From Phormidesmis sp. (GTDB taxonomy: Bacteria; Cyanobacteriota; Cyanobacteriia; Leptolyngbyales; Leptolyngbyaceae): a stretch of 64,000 nucleotides of DNA. The stretch lies in NCBI GenBank assembly GCA_965248535.1, contig CBDFJR010000002.1, positions 640,001 through 704,000 on the forward strand, in the 5' to 3' direction. The stretch's first letter is position 1; every line of letters begins with the position of its first letter. Of the stretch, positions 20,911 through 30,279 are shown in pieces. The notes below the pieces were generated by a model, which saw nothing but the letters and a program-made list of their open reading frames with translations, had not been told where the DNA came from and made no database searches. Made by a program: the position numbers and the translations under genes.

Positions 20911-21387
20911 TTACCAATCGTCATCGCCGCCGAAAAAAAACTGACCCTCAGCGTTGAAATAGGGCGACTTCCAAACAGTCAATTCTTTATCAGGGCAGGA
21001 ATCAGATCCTTCTCCCACGCCGTAGGGGTGCATTCCACAAACCAATAAGTTGCCGCTATAAACCTGACCATGATAGTGCCGACAGCCCGCACAAACTGGA
21101 TGCTGGCTCAAGAACGGTTCAACCGTTTGCATCATCGGCTGAGTGGCCGTCTCAACCATGCCCTCAAAGCCAAAATAAGCTTCTAAAACTGGGTTGACTA
21201 ACTCGCTAACATACTGCTCAATCTCATCTGAGAAAGCCCCTTGCACCTGAACTGCAATCTCTTCTGAAACATCTACAAAGGTGTTGACCACTTCAGTGAC
21301 TTCTTTAGAGATTCCGAGAAAGAAATCTTCCATTTGGGCTGCCACTGTGTCAAGAAATTCAGAGAAATCTTTTTGCCACTCTTCCAT
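20911..21387 (-). CDS. Hypothetical protein with C-terminal Cys/His cluster
   Basis: CAGCRHYHG..LVCGMHPYG...CPD. Confidence 0.75.
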   Translation of the reverse strand: MEEWQKDFSEFLDTVAAQMEDFFLGISKEVTEVVNTFVDVSEEIAVQVQGAFSDEIEQYVSELVNPVLEAYFGFEGMVETATQPMMQTVEPFLSQHPVCAGCRHYHGQVYSGNLLVCGMHPYGVGEGSDSCPDKELTVWKSPYFNAEGQFFFGGDDDW

Positions 21388-21765
21388 AATCTTCTTAGCC
21401 GGGGCTGCTTTTACCGGGTTTGTTTTTTAAGTGAGTTAAGGGTTTGCTCAAGCTCCCTCTTTGAAATGATGGGTAGATGGCGCTCAAGCACTAACTCTAG
21501 ATGAAGTCTATCTGAGGAATGATTTTTGACATCATAGCTCGAATTTCTGGGTTTAAACGTAACGGAACGTAGCGCGATCGCTGACATCATCTCCCTTCAC
21601 TCAAGCAAAAAGTTTTGAAAAATGATCCTAAAGAATCACAATAGAAATATTTTGTTAACTTGCTTAAAAGACCTTAACTAAACTCATCGATCAATAATCC
21701 TGACGCTAGAGGCAACTCAACTCCTGAGTCTCTTATTTTAGAGTCAAGACCTTTGATGAACGTCG

Positions 21766-21927
21766 ATGAATCATTTAATTTTAACGATCGTGGTTTTGGG
21801 TTTGCTCTTAATGCTGCTGCTGGCTCCTTTTTCGGGGCTGGCGCTGCTGATGATGGTCGTTTTAGTGGCAGCGATCGGCTGGACGGTCTGGCAACTGCTG
21901 GTCACCTTGGTCAGGGGAGACCCCTAA
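21766..21927 (+). CDS. Small hydrophobic two-TM protein (53 aa, not in ORF track)
   Basis: MNHLILTIVVLGLLLMLLLAPFSGLALLMMVVLVAAIGWTVWQLLVTLVRGDP*. Confidence 0.6.
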   Translation: MNHLILTIVVLGLLLMLLLAPFSGLALLMMVVLVAAIGWTVWQLLVTLVRGDP

Positions 21928-22116
21928 GACTCAAAAGCGGCGATCGCGGGTGTTTTGTTGGCTTTAAACTATTGGACAGAGTGAGATGGCACAATCAACA
22001 TCTACCCTCTGACATTTGTTCTGGACTGTGGTCACCTGGAACGTATCCTTAACCTCCAGATAAGCTGTCTCACCTCCAGAACGCCCTTCACACCTCGCAA
22101 TTTTTAAGCTAAACCC

Positions 22117-22929
22117 ATGAAGTCTTACCTGGCTGCCGCAATTCAAATGAATAGTCTGCCCGACTTGCACAAAAACCTAGCTCAGGCAGAAGACCTAATT
22201 GACCTGGCCGTTCGCCGGGGCGCAGAGCTAGTCGGGTTGCCAGAAAACTTCTCATTTTTAGGAGACGAAGACGCAAAGCTGGCTCAGTCAGACTCGATCG
22301 CTCAAGAAAGTGAGAAATTTATCAAGACGATGGCTCAACGCTTTCAGGTTTCGATCTTGGGCGGTGGCTTTCCGGTTCCGGTAGAGGGGGGCAAAGTTTA
22401 TAACACGGCTCTCCTCATCGATCGCAGTGGGCAAGAAGTGGCTCGTTATGAAAAAGTCCACTTATTTGATGTCAATCTGCCCGATGGCAACACCTACCAA
22501 GAGTCTCAGACGGTGCTGGCAGGGTTGCGGGTTCCTCCCGTCTACCCCTCTAAAGAGTTGGGCAATCTGGGGCTGTCAGTCTGCTATGACGTGCGGTTTC
22601 CAGAGCTTTATCGCCAACTGTCGCAGATGGGGGCTGAGGTGCTGTTTGTTCCGGCGGCGTTTACGGCCTATACAGGCAAAGATCACTGGCAAGTGTTGCT
22701 GCAAGCGAGAGCGATCGAAAACACCTGCTATGTGATTGCCCCGGCTCAAACGGGTCGCCACAACTCGATTAGGCAATCTCATGGGCACGCAATGATCATT
22801 GACCCTTGGGGCGTGATCTTAGCTGACGCGGGAGACGCACCGGGGGTGGCGATCGCCGCGATCGAGCCTGCCCGTTTAGAGCAAGTGCGTCGCCAAATGC
22901 CCTCGCTGCACCATCGGGTTTTTGTCTAA
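22117..22929 (+). CDS. Carbon-nitrogen hydrolase (Nit1-like amidase)
   Basis: Catalytic triad context: LPENF, YEKVHLFD, VCYDVRFPE. Confidence 0.92.
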   Translation: MKSYLAAAIQMNSLPDLHKNLAQAEDLIDLAVRRGAELVGLPENFSFLGDEDAKLAQSDSIAQESEKFIKTMAQRFQVSILGGGFPVPVEGGKVYNTALLIDRSGQEVARYEKVHLFDVNLPDGNTYQESQTVLAGLRVPPVYPSKELGNLGLSVCYDVRFPELYRQLSQMGAEVLFVPAAFTAYTGKDHWQVLLQARAIENTCYVIAPAQTGRHNSIRQSHGHAMIIDPWGVILADAGDAPGVAIAAIEPARLEQVRRQMPSLHHRVFV

Positions 22930-22984
22930 GGCAACCACCCTGACCCGATCATCACGATTCAATATGACGAATAGGGCATAACCC

Positions 22985-24475
22985 ATGATTGCTTCTCTTC
23001 TTGGGCTAGACCTTGGGAATGGACTTGACCTCACCAGCCCGATCGCGCCTCTTTTGGCGGCAGCCACTGCCCCCGATCGTAGCTCGCTCGTGCTGGCTAG
23101 CGTTTTGCTGAGTTTGGTGATCATCTATGTTGCCAGCAAACTAGGCGGCGAACTGTGTGCCCGCATTGACCTTCCACCCGTCTTGGGCGAATTGGTGGGG
23201 GGCGTTGTGGTCGGCGTTTCGGCGCTGCATCTGCTGGTGTTTCCCGATAGTGGCATTGATGCCAGCAGTTCTCTAATTATGCAGGTGCTTCAGATCAGCG
23301 CTCACCTAAGCTCTGATGGGCTGACGGCAGTCTTTCAGGCTCAGAGTGACGTGATCTCGGTGTTGGCAGAAATCGGGATTGTGATTTTGCTGTTTGAGAT
23401 TGGGCTGGAGTCTGATCTTGAAGACCTGATTCGAGTCGGGCCGCAAGCGGCGATCGTTGCCACCATTGGGGTTATCACTCCTTTCACGCTGGGCACGGTG
23501 GGGCTAATGGTGCTCTTTAATATCGCTGCCATTCCTGCGGTTTTTGCTGGGGCGGCGTTGACGGCAACCAGCATCGGCATCACGGCTAGAGTGTTGGCAG
23601 AGCTTGGGCAACTCGGCTCTAGAGAAGGGCAAATCATCGTCAGTGCAGCCGTGCTAGATGATGTGTTGGGCATTATTGTGCTGGCGGTGGTGGCTGGTTT
23701 AGCAAAAACAGGCGAAGTGCAGGTCAGCACGATCCTTCGCCTGACGATCAGCGCTGGAGTCTTTTTAGTCGGCTCGATCTGGGTTGGGCGGCTGCTCAAT
23801 CCATTGTTCGTCGCTCTCGTCAACGAGTTGAGAACGAGAGGACAACTGCTGATCACCGCCTTGATGTTTGCTTTTGTGCTCTCTTATGTGGCGGCTGTGA
23901 TTCAGCTAGAGGCGATTTTGGGTGCGTTTGCTGCGGGGTTGATTCTGGCAGAGACCGAAAAACGTGAGGAACTCAAAGAGCAAGTGGTGCCGATCGCGGA
24001 TATGTGGGTGCCAATTTTCTTTGTCGTGGTGGGTGCCAAAACGGATATCAGTGTCCTCAATCCCTTTGTGCCAGCCAATCGTGAGGGGCTGATCATGGCG
24101 GCGTTTTTGGTGGTGGTGGCGATCGTGGGCAAGGTGATCACCGGGTTCACTTTAGTTGGGCAGCCGTCGCTCAATCGCTGGGCGATCGGGGTGGGCATGA
24201 TTCCGCGGGGTGAAGTCGGGCTGGTGTTTGCGGCTATTGGGGCTTCTAGCGGAGTGTTGCCTAATTCGTTGCAGGCGGCGATCGTGGTGATGGTGATTTT
24301 GACGACCTTTGTTGCGCCTCCTCTGCTGCGGGTGGCGTTTTCAAATCAGGCGGCTGCGATCGTTCTTTCTGAAGATGCAGTGATTTTGAATCCTTCTGAT
24401 TTAGAGGATGCGATCGGGGAGGATTCAGTTACAGAAACCCCACTGCTAGACGATCAGGAGACCACCAGTGAATAG
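22985..24475 (+). CDS. Cation:proton antiporter (CPA2, NhaS3-like)
   Basis: Many TM segments; LFEIGLE, ATSIGIT, AAVLDD, GMIPRGEVGL. Confidence 0.9.
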   Translation: MIASLLGLDLGNGLDLTSPIAPLLAAATAPDRSSLVLASVLLSLVIIYVASKLGGELCARIDLPPVLGELVGGVVVGVSALHLLVFPDSGIDASSSLIMQVLQISAHLSSDGLTAVFQAQSDVISVLAEIGIVILLFEIGLESDLEDLIRVGPQAAIVATIGVITPFTLGTVGLMVLFNIAAIPAVFAGAALTATSIGITARVLAELGQLGSREGQIIVSAAVLDDVLGIIVLAVVAGLAKTGEVQVSTILRLTISAGVFLVGSIWVGRLLNPLFVALVNELRTRGQLLITALMFAFVLSYVAAVIQLEAILGAFAAGLILAETEKREELKEQVVPIADMWVPIFFVVVGAKTDISVLNPFVPANREGLIMAAFLVVVAIVGKVITGFTLVGQPSLNRWAIGVGMIPRGEVGLVFAAIGASSGVLPNSLQAAIVVMVILTTFVAPPLLRVAFSNQAAAIVLSEDAVILNPSDLEDAIGEDSVTETPLLDDQETTSE

Positions 24476-24683
24476 TTGATCGAAATGCAGAAATCTCGGT
24501 GAAAGCGATGACTAGCGATTTTGTTCACATTATTTATTTCAGCGTCATTCCTAGTCTTTGTAGTCAAACGAGCGACTGTATTGCTGTTGGCGATCTCAAT
24601 CATTTTTTTCTTGCCCAAGCTGCCCCGCGCAACTTATTGAGGTGACATTCGTCAGGGCATAGGCCGTTGAAAAAATAAATGCT

Positions 24684-25220
24684 ATGACCTCTCCTCAAAA
24701 ACGCCGACAATTCCTAAGCTACTTGCTGAGTGGTGGGGTGGGAACGGTCGCGATCGGGTTTCTGTTTCCCAGCATTAGCCAAAGCCGAGAAGTCGATCTA
24801 GAAGATCTCTGCGCCTCATTTCCCTATAATTCTCGCTGCAAAGATTATCTTCCCGGTGTGAGAGCGCTCGACAGTCAGAAAACGCCCCTTGGTGCTGATG
24901 CGGTTTTGGCAGCCTCTAAGCCCGGAACTCCGGTGCCCGTTGGCGGGCTAGCCACCCAAGATCCCGTTTATCTGGTGATCAATCAGGGTCCAAAAATTGC
25001 AGAATATGCCCTTCGACCCGTTTGCACTCATCTAGGCTGCACCGTCGAGTGGAAAGCAGACCGCAATCACTTCGTTTGCCCCTGTCATGGCTCTCAATAT
25101 GATGCTCAGGGTCGAGTCGTTCATGGCCCGGCCAAACGATCTTTGCCGTTGTCAACGGTGATTGTCAAACAAAATCAGATTCGTCTCGTCGATCGTGCTC
25201 CAGCGATCGACCCTCGATAG
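24684..25220 (+). CDS. Rieske [2Fe-2S] protein, PetC paralog
   Basis: KRRQFL Tat-like signal, CTHLGC, CPCHGSQY, GPA..SL. Confidence 0.88.
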   Translation: MTSPQKRRQFLSYLLSGGVGTVAIGFLFPSISQSREVDLEDLCASFPYNSRCKDYLPGVRALDSQKTPLGADAVLAASKPGTPVPVGGLATQDPVYLVINQGPKIAEYALRPVCTHLGCTVEWKADRNHFVCPCHGSQYDAQGRVVHGPAKRSLPLSTVIVKQNQIRLVDRAPAIDPR

Positions 25221-25316
25221 TTCAACTCTTGTCAGGGGAGTTTTAAGGGGAATTTTAGCGGCTTCTTGTGCCTGCCTGCTGTGCATCGCAGTAGTGGACG
25301 CATCAAGCCGTCTGCC

Positions 25317-27902
25317 CTAAAGTCGGGGATCAACGGGTTCGCTTTCTAAAGCCAAAATGCCAAACACGCATTCGTGAACGCGACGGAGCGGCTCTTGGGC
25401 AACAAACCGCTCTAGCGCCTCAACACCGAGGGCAAATTCTCTCAGGGCCAGCGATCGCTTGGCTGACAAGCCGCGTTGCCGCAATCGCTCTAGATTTTTA
25501 GGCAGTGAATAGTCTGGGCCATAAATAATTCGCAAATAGTCTTGACCTCGACACTTCACCGCAGGCTGAATCAGGCGACGATCGCGCTGAACCACAAAAT
25601 CCAGGGGTTTGATCACCATGCCTTCACCGCCCTGCTGGGTCAGGGTTTTCCACCAATTTTCTCCGGCTTCTTGGCTGGCCGTGTCGTCTAGATTCACGAC
25701 CTGATAAGCCGTTGCCTTTAACAAGGTCGGGTCAGCTTGGGCGATCGTGGCGATGTGCTGCAAATGCCAGAGGTGAGTTTTGTCGAGATGCACGGCTCCC
25801 TCGGTGGCAAGAATGTGAAAGGGAGCCAGGTTTAGATCAGCGATCGTGGTCACCGTCCAGCAATAGCGACGATAGGCCGCCACATAGCGATCGGCGAGAT
25901 GCGATCGCTGCTGATAGCGTTGCAGATGAGACTCGACCTCTATGCCGCGCTGTTGGGCTTGTTTGAGCAGCGCTACAGCATCGGTGAGCGCCACTCGTGC
26001 TGCCCGTCCTACGGGAGCATATTGATCGCGCAAAAGTCCCTGTGCTTTGGCTGACCAGGGCATCAGTTCACAGTCGAGACATACCCAATCGGTCTGAAAG
26101 TCTTGCCAAAAGCCGCTGGCTGAGAGGGCCGTTTGCACACGGGTCAAAAACTCGGCTTCTAAAGCAGGATCGTCAAAAAACTGCCGTCCGGTGCGGGTGT
26201 AGCAGATGCCCACACTGCCATCGGTGACTCCAAAGCGCTGGCTGGCAGATTGAGCAGTTTGACAGACGATCGTGACTGCCCGCGACCCCATGTGTTTCTC
26301 TTCGCAGACCACTTGGGAAAGGCCCTGCTTGCGATAATAGGCAAACGCCTGGGCGGGATGTTCTAAAAACTCAGGCTGCGTCGAAGTCTCAACCGGAGAC
26401 ATCGTGGGCGGCAGATAAATCAGCCAGTTGGGATGGGCGGCAAAACGGCTGATCACTTCTAAGGCGGCGATCGCGTTCTCTTCTCGAATCGTGATGTTGG
26501 GCTGCAATCGCGTAGAGATCAGGCGTTTGCCCAACACATCGGTGATGTCTAACACGCCATCGGCTGCTTGTTGAGGCGTTAACTCACCCTCAGTTTGAGG
26601 CATGATCAGGGGTCGAATGGGTTCGCAATAGACGCGATCGGCCGGAACCGACACCCACTCTTTTTCGGGATAGCGCAATGCCGTTAATCGCCCGCCAAAC
26701 ACGCAGCCTGTATCGATATTCAGGGTGTTGTTGAGCCAAACAGGGTCGGGAATCGGTGTGTGCCCGTAGACCACCATGGCAGCGCCCCGATAGTCAGAAG
26801 CCCAGTTATAGCGGACGGGTAGCCCAAAGTCGTCAATTTCTCCGGTGGTTTCTCCATAGAGAGCAAATTCTCGCACTTGCCCAGAGCCGCGCCCTTGATA
26901 GGCTTGCTTCATGCCCGCGTGGGCGACAACCAGACGACCGTCGTCTAGCACATAGTGACTCACGAGCGAGTCTAGAAAGGTTTGAATGTCTTGCACAAAA
27001 GGCCGGCGAGTCTCCTCAGATAAGGCCTCAATTTCGGCAAGGCTTTGCTCTAGCCCGTGGCTAACCCGAACGTTTTGACCTTTGAGCTTTCGCAGCAGTT
27101 TAGCATCGTGATTGCCCGGAACACAGAGCGCATCGCCCGTGGCGACCATGTTGGCAGCGAGTTTTAAAGTGTCGAGAATGCGAGGGCCGCGATCGACCAA
27201 ATCTCCTAAGAAAACTGCTTTGCGGCCTTGGGGATGCCGATAGGTTAAAGAGTCTGCAAAGGGATGATTTTCGGCGGTTGGCATCGCCTCGTAGCCGAGG
27301 GTTTGCAGCAGTGTTTCCAGTTCATCGCAACATCCATGCACGTCGCCAATGATGTCAAAGGGCCCGTGTTCGTGTTTGCGATTTGTCCACAGGGGCTGAC
27401 GCTCGATCGTCACTGATTGAATGTCTTCTAGCGATGACAGAATGTGAATGTGACGAAAGCCTTCGCGCTGTAGCCCTTTAAGCGACCGCTGAATATTTTG
27501 CACATGGCGACGCACCACATGAGCACCAAACCCCCGATCGGGCCGCTGCTGATTGCGGTCGTGGCAGAGTTGCTCAGACAAATTCAGCACGATCGCCACG
27601 GGAATGCAGTGATAGTCACGCGCCAGTTTGATCAGAGGTTTACGATCGTCTGCTTGAGTGCTGGTGGCATCGATCACGGTGAGCTTTCCGGCGGCTAGTC
27701 GCTTTGCCGCGATGTAGTGCAGCACATCAAACGCATCGCGGGTGGCATCTTGATTGGTTTCGTCGTCGGAGACTAAGCCCCGACAGACATCTGAGGAGAT
27801 AATTTCGGTTGGCAAAAAGTGGCGGTGGGCAAAGGTCGATTTACCAGAACCCGATGCACCAATTAACACGACTAACGACAATTCAGGAACGGTTAATTTC
27901 AT
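25317..27902 (-). CDS. pnkp: Polynucleotide kinase-phosphatase-ligase Pnkp
   Basis: P-loop GASGSGKST; metallophosphoesterase GDVHG/GDLVDRG/GNHD; ligase EEKHMGSR and EGMVIKP; ends EPVDPRL. Confidence 0.95.
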   Translation of the reverse strand: MKLTVPELSLVVLIGASGSGKSTFAHRHFLPTEIISSDVCRGLVSDDETNQDATRDAFDVLHYIAAKRLAAGKLTVIDATSTQADDRKPLIKLARDYHCIPVAIVLNLSEQLCHDRNQQRPDRGFGAHVVRRHVQNIQRSLKGLQREGFRHIHILSSLEDIQSVTIERQPLWTNRKHEHGPFDIIGDVHGCCDELETLLQTLGYEAMPTAENHPFADSLTYRHPQGRKAVFLGDLVDRGPRILDTLKLAANMVATGDALCVPGNHDAKLLRKLKGQNVRVSHGLEQSLAEIEALSEETRRPFVQDIQTFLDSLVSHYVLDDGRLVVAHAGMKQAYQGRGSGQVREFALYGETTGEIDDFGLPVRYNWASDYRGAAMVVYGHTPIPDPVWLNNTLNIDTGCVFGGRLTALRYPEKEWVSVPADRVYCEPIRPLIMPQTEGELTPQQAADGVLDITDVLGKRLISTRLQPNITIREENAIAALEVISRFAAHPNWLIYLPPTMSPVETSTQPEFLEHPAQAFAYYRKQGLSQVVCEEKHMGSRAVTIVCQTAQSASQRFGVTDGSVGICYTRTGRQFFDDPALEAEFLTRVQTALSASGFWQDFQTDWVCLDCELMPWSAKAQGLLRDQYAPVGRAARVALTDAVALLKQAQQRGIEVESHLQRYQQRSHLADRYVAAYRRYCWTVTTIADLNLAPFHILATEGAVHLDKTHLWHLQHIATIAQADPTLLKATAYQVVNLDDTASQEAGENWWKTLTQQGGEGMVIKPLDFVVQRDRRLIQPAVKCRGQDYLRIIYGPDYSLPKNLERLRQRGLSAKRSLALREFALGVEALERFVAQEPLRRVHECVFGILALESEPVDPRL

Positions 27903-29293
27903 AGGGCTAGTTGCTCAAAAACGGCCATTTGGGTCGGTGAACCTACGATCGGGTCATGGCGGCCAATGCCTTCAAACCTGACGGTGTATCTAAACCGTTG
28001 AGCAACGTTATTAGCCCAAGTTTGAAACTCTTGGCGAGTCCATTCAAAACGGTGATCTTTGTGGCGAAGAGATCCGTGAGCCAGTCCAGCAAAGTTGACG
28101 TTATAGTCCACATTGGGCGTAGTGACGATCGCAACGTTGGGGTGAGCAAACTCAAACACCACCCGTTCGAGGGCGGCTAATCTCGGCAGGTCTAAATGTT
28201 CGATCACTTCGATCAGAGTTGCGCCTTCATAGCCATTGCATCGGCGATCGCGATAGGTCAGCGCCCCTTGCATCAGGTGAATTCGTTCGCGCTGTTGAGA
28301 GCCTAGCAATAGCTGATCAAGGCGTTTTTGGGCGATTTCTAGCGATCGATATGAGACATCAACGCCAGTAATTTGTGTAAAGAAATTGTCTTTGGCTAAA
28401 ACTTGCAGCAGATTTCCTTCTCCGCACCCTAAATCAATCACTCGTTTTACTTGGCACTGTTTTAGCGTTGCCGTAACTGTTTCGAGTCGTTGCTGATTGA
28501 GACTGACTGATTTCTCAAGATCGGCTTCTTCTTGATAACGAGTGTGTTCATAAGTCTCTAACCCTGGCGTTTCTTCAGAGATTAACTGGGCGAGGGCTGC
28601 TTGTGTTAGAGTCCGTTCTCGTTTGAGATATTGCCGTGTGATCTGCACTTTTTCGGGATGGGTTGATAACCATCCGTCTCCATGTCGCAGGAGCTTCTCA
28701 ATTTCTTCCTCTCCGACCCAATAGTGCTTATCCTCATCTAATACTGGAATCAGCACATAGAGATGACTCAACAGTTTTTTTAGCGGTATTTCTGCGTCTA
28801 GCTCAACGCTAAAATAGCGACTCTCTCCCCATTCAGAAAACTGTTCGTCTAGGGAATGCGATGTTGTTTTAACGGTGTATCCTAGGGGTTCAAAAAGCCG
28901 ATGCAAAAAAGTTTGACCTTGACGACAGGGCACGATCGATAGCGTTGCTTTAAGCGGAATTGCCCGATTCACCAGATCGGGACGATCGTGACTTCGACCC
29001 GACAGCGCCGAGCCAAATAGTTGGGCGATCGCGACACTCAAAAAAGAGGAGGCAACATAGGGGCGATCGTTCACATAGTGCTCTAGTGCAGAACCCGACT
29101 GACCTCGCACCAATCGCACCGGATCGATTTCTAACAGCAAAACGGCTGTGCAGCGATCAACCGTTGCTTCTGAATAAAAAACCTGGGCCTGCCCAAACGA
29201 TAAATCAAACGTTTGACAGCGATCGGGGTGTTTGTGCAGCAAATATCCCAAATCGGTTGCTGGAGAATGAGTGGTGCTAATGGTCAGAAGCAT
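27899..29293 (-). CDS. hen1: 3'-terminal RNA ribose 2'-O-methyltransferase Hen1
   Basis: ATDLGYLLHKHP, YVNDRPYVASS, DLGCGEG, IEVIEH, HKDHRFEW. ATGA overlap with pnkp. Confidence 0.95.
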   Translation of the reverse strand: MLLTISTTHSPATDLGYLLHKHPDRCQTFDLSFGQAQVFYSEATVDRCTAVLLLEIDPVRLVRGQSGSALEHYVNDRPYVASSFLSVAIAQLFGSALSGRSHDRPDLVNRAIPLKATLSIVPCRQGQTFLHRLFEPLGYTVKTTSHSLDEQFSEWGESRYFSVELDAEIPLKKLLSHLYVLIPVLDEDKHYWVGEEEIEKLLRHGDGWLSTHPEKVQITRQYLKRERTLTQAALAQLISEETPGLETYEHTRYQEEADLEKSVSLNQQRLETVTATLKQCQVKRVIDLGCGEGNLLQVLAKDNFFTQITGVDVSYRSLEIAQKRLDQLLLGSQQRERIHLMQGALTYRDRRCNGYEGATLIEVIEHLDLPRLAALERVVFEFAHPNVAIVTTPNVDYNVNFAGLAHGSLRHKDHRFEWTRQEFQTWANNVAQRFRYTVRFEGIGRHDPIVGSPTQMAVFEQLAL

Positions 29294-29452
29294 TGAAGGT
29301 TGGGTGTCCGTTTTCAGTCCTGCTTTCTCGACTTTACACTAATTTTCCTTTCGTGCTCCCGCCATCGCTCTCTGATTACTGGTGGACTTTTAGCCTTAGC
29401 CTTGGAGGATTTAAGGGACAATTTATGCCGTGATTTAGCAACGCCCGTTTCG

Positions 29453-29752
29453 CTACGATTGCCAGGTTGCCACCGGGCGCAAAACTGCCGGAATCTCTTC
29501 GATGTCTGCCGGAAACTCTAATATCGTCTCCGATAACCCCAAATAACCCGACTCTGAAAACGACAGCAACATTCGCTGCAACGCTAGCCAAACTTCTGGC
29601 TCATATTCCCAATCACGCCCTCGACTGGCGCGGCCCGCGATCGATTTCAGCGCCCAAAAATAGCTGTTTCGCACCACCGATCCACCCTTCTTAAACGGGG
29701 GAACGTCTTCGTGGTGCAGCAGCACAATCTCGTCTTTAAGTGTGGCTCTCAT
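29453..29752 (-). CDS. Hypothetical protein (99 aa)
   Basis: ATG start, globular composition (VRNSYFWALKSIA, ESGYLG); co-oriented with hen1. Confidence 0.7.
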   Translation of the reverse strand: MRATLKDEIVLLHHEDVPPFKKGGSVVRNSYFWALKSIAGRASRGRDWEYEPEVWLALQRMLLSFSESGYLGLSETILEFPADIEEIPAVLRPVATWQS

Positions 29753-29829
29753 GGTTTAAATCAGAAAGACCCTGAGCCGACAGACAAACGCTGCCTAAGC
29801 TCAAGGTCTCATTCTCAATAAAGATTGTT

Positions 29830-30141
29830 TTAGTAGCGCTCAGAGAAACTACTCCGCCCGCCGCCACGATTGCCACCGCCACGACTGCCACCATTGTCTT
29901 CACGGGGCTTTGCTTTGTTGACTCTTAAATCGCGACCCATCCATTCGGCCCCGTCTAGGGCCTCGATCGCCGCCGATTCTTGAGCGTCTGTTTCCATCTC
30001 AACAAACCCAAACCCGCGCATTCGCCCTGTTTCACGATCGGTCGGAAGCTGAACTCGCTTGACTGCGCCATATTCTGAAAAGACAGCAGAAAGGTCTTCT
30101 TGCGTAACCTCGTAAGAAAGGTTACCAACGTAAATCGACAT
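29830..30141 (-). CDS. rbp: RRM RNA-binding protein with Gly-rich tail (Rbp family)
   Basis: MSIYVGNLS (RNP2), RGFGFVEM (RNP1), GAEWMGRDLRVNKAKPRE. Confidence 0.95.
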   Translation of the reverse strand: MSIYVGNLSYEVTQEDLSAVFSEYGAVKRVQLPTDRETGRMRGFGFVEMETDAQESAAIEALDGAEWMGRDLRVNKAKPREDNGGSRGGGNRGGGRSSFSERY

Positions 30142-30230
30142 CGAAGAAATCTCCAGAACCAGAAATTGCAGAGAGGTTAGATTTGGAGACGGACTTGCTA
30201 TCAAAAACGAAGCCCTCAACCGAATTTAAC
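30142..30230 (-). promoter_or_regulatory. rbp 5' leader with conserved-type boxes
   Basis: On the minus strand: TTCGGTTGA (30224-30216), TCTCCAAA (30189-30182) and RBS TTCTGGAGA (30158-30150). Confidence 0.55.
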
Positions 30231-30279
30231 ACCCTCTCTAAATTTAACACAAATCACCTAATCGCAATAGTATAGCTCT

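Noticed and set aside
21753..22052. 99-aa track ORF
   Set aside because: It looks like an alternative-frame shadow of the 53-aa hydrophobic ORF.
23341..24198. Long antisense ORFs (also at 30536, 45311, 60284 and elsewhere)
   Set aside because: They lie opposite well-supported genes and have no motifs; typical codon-bias shadows.
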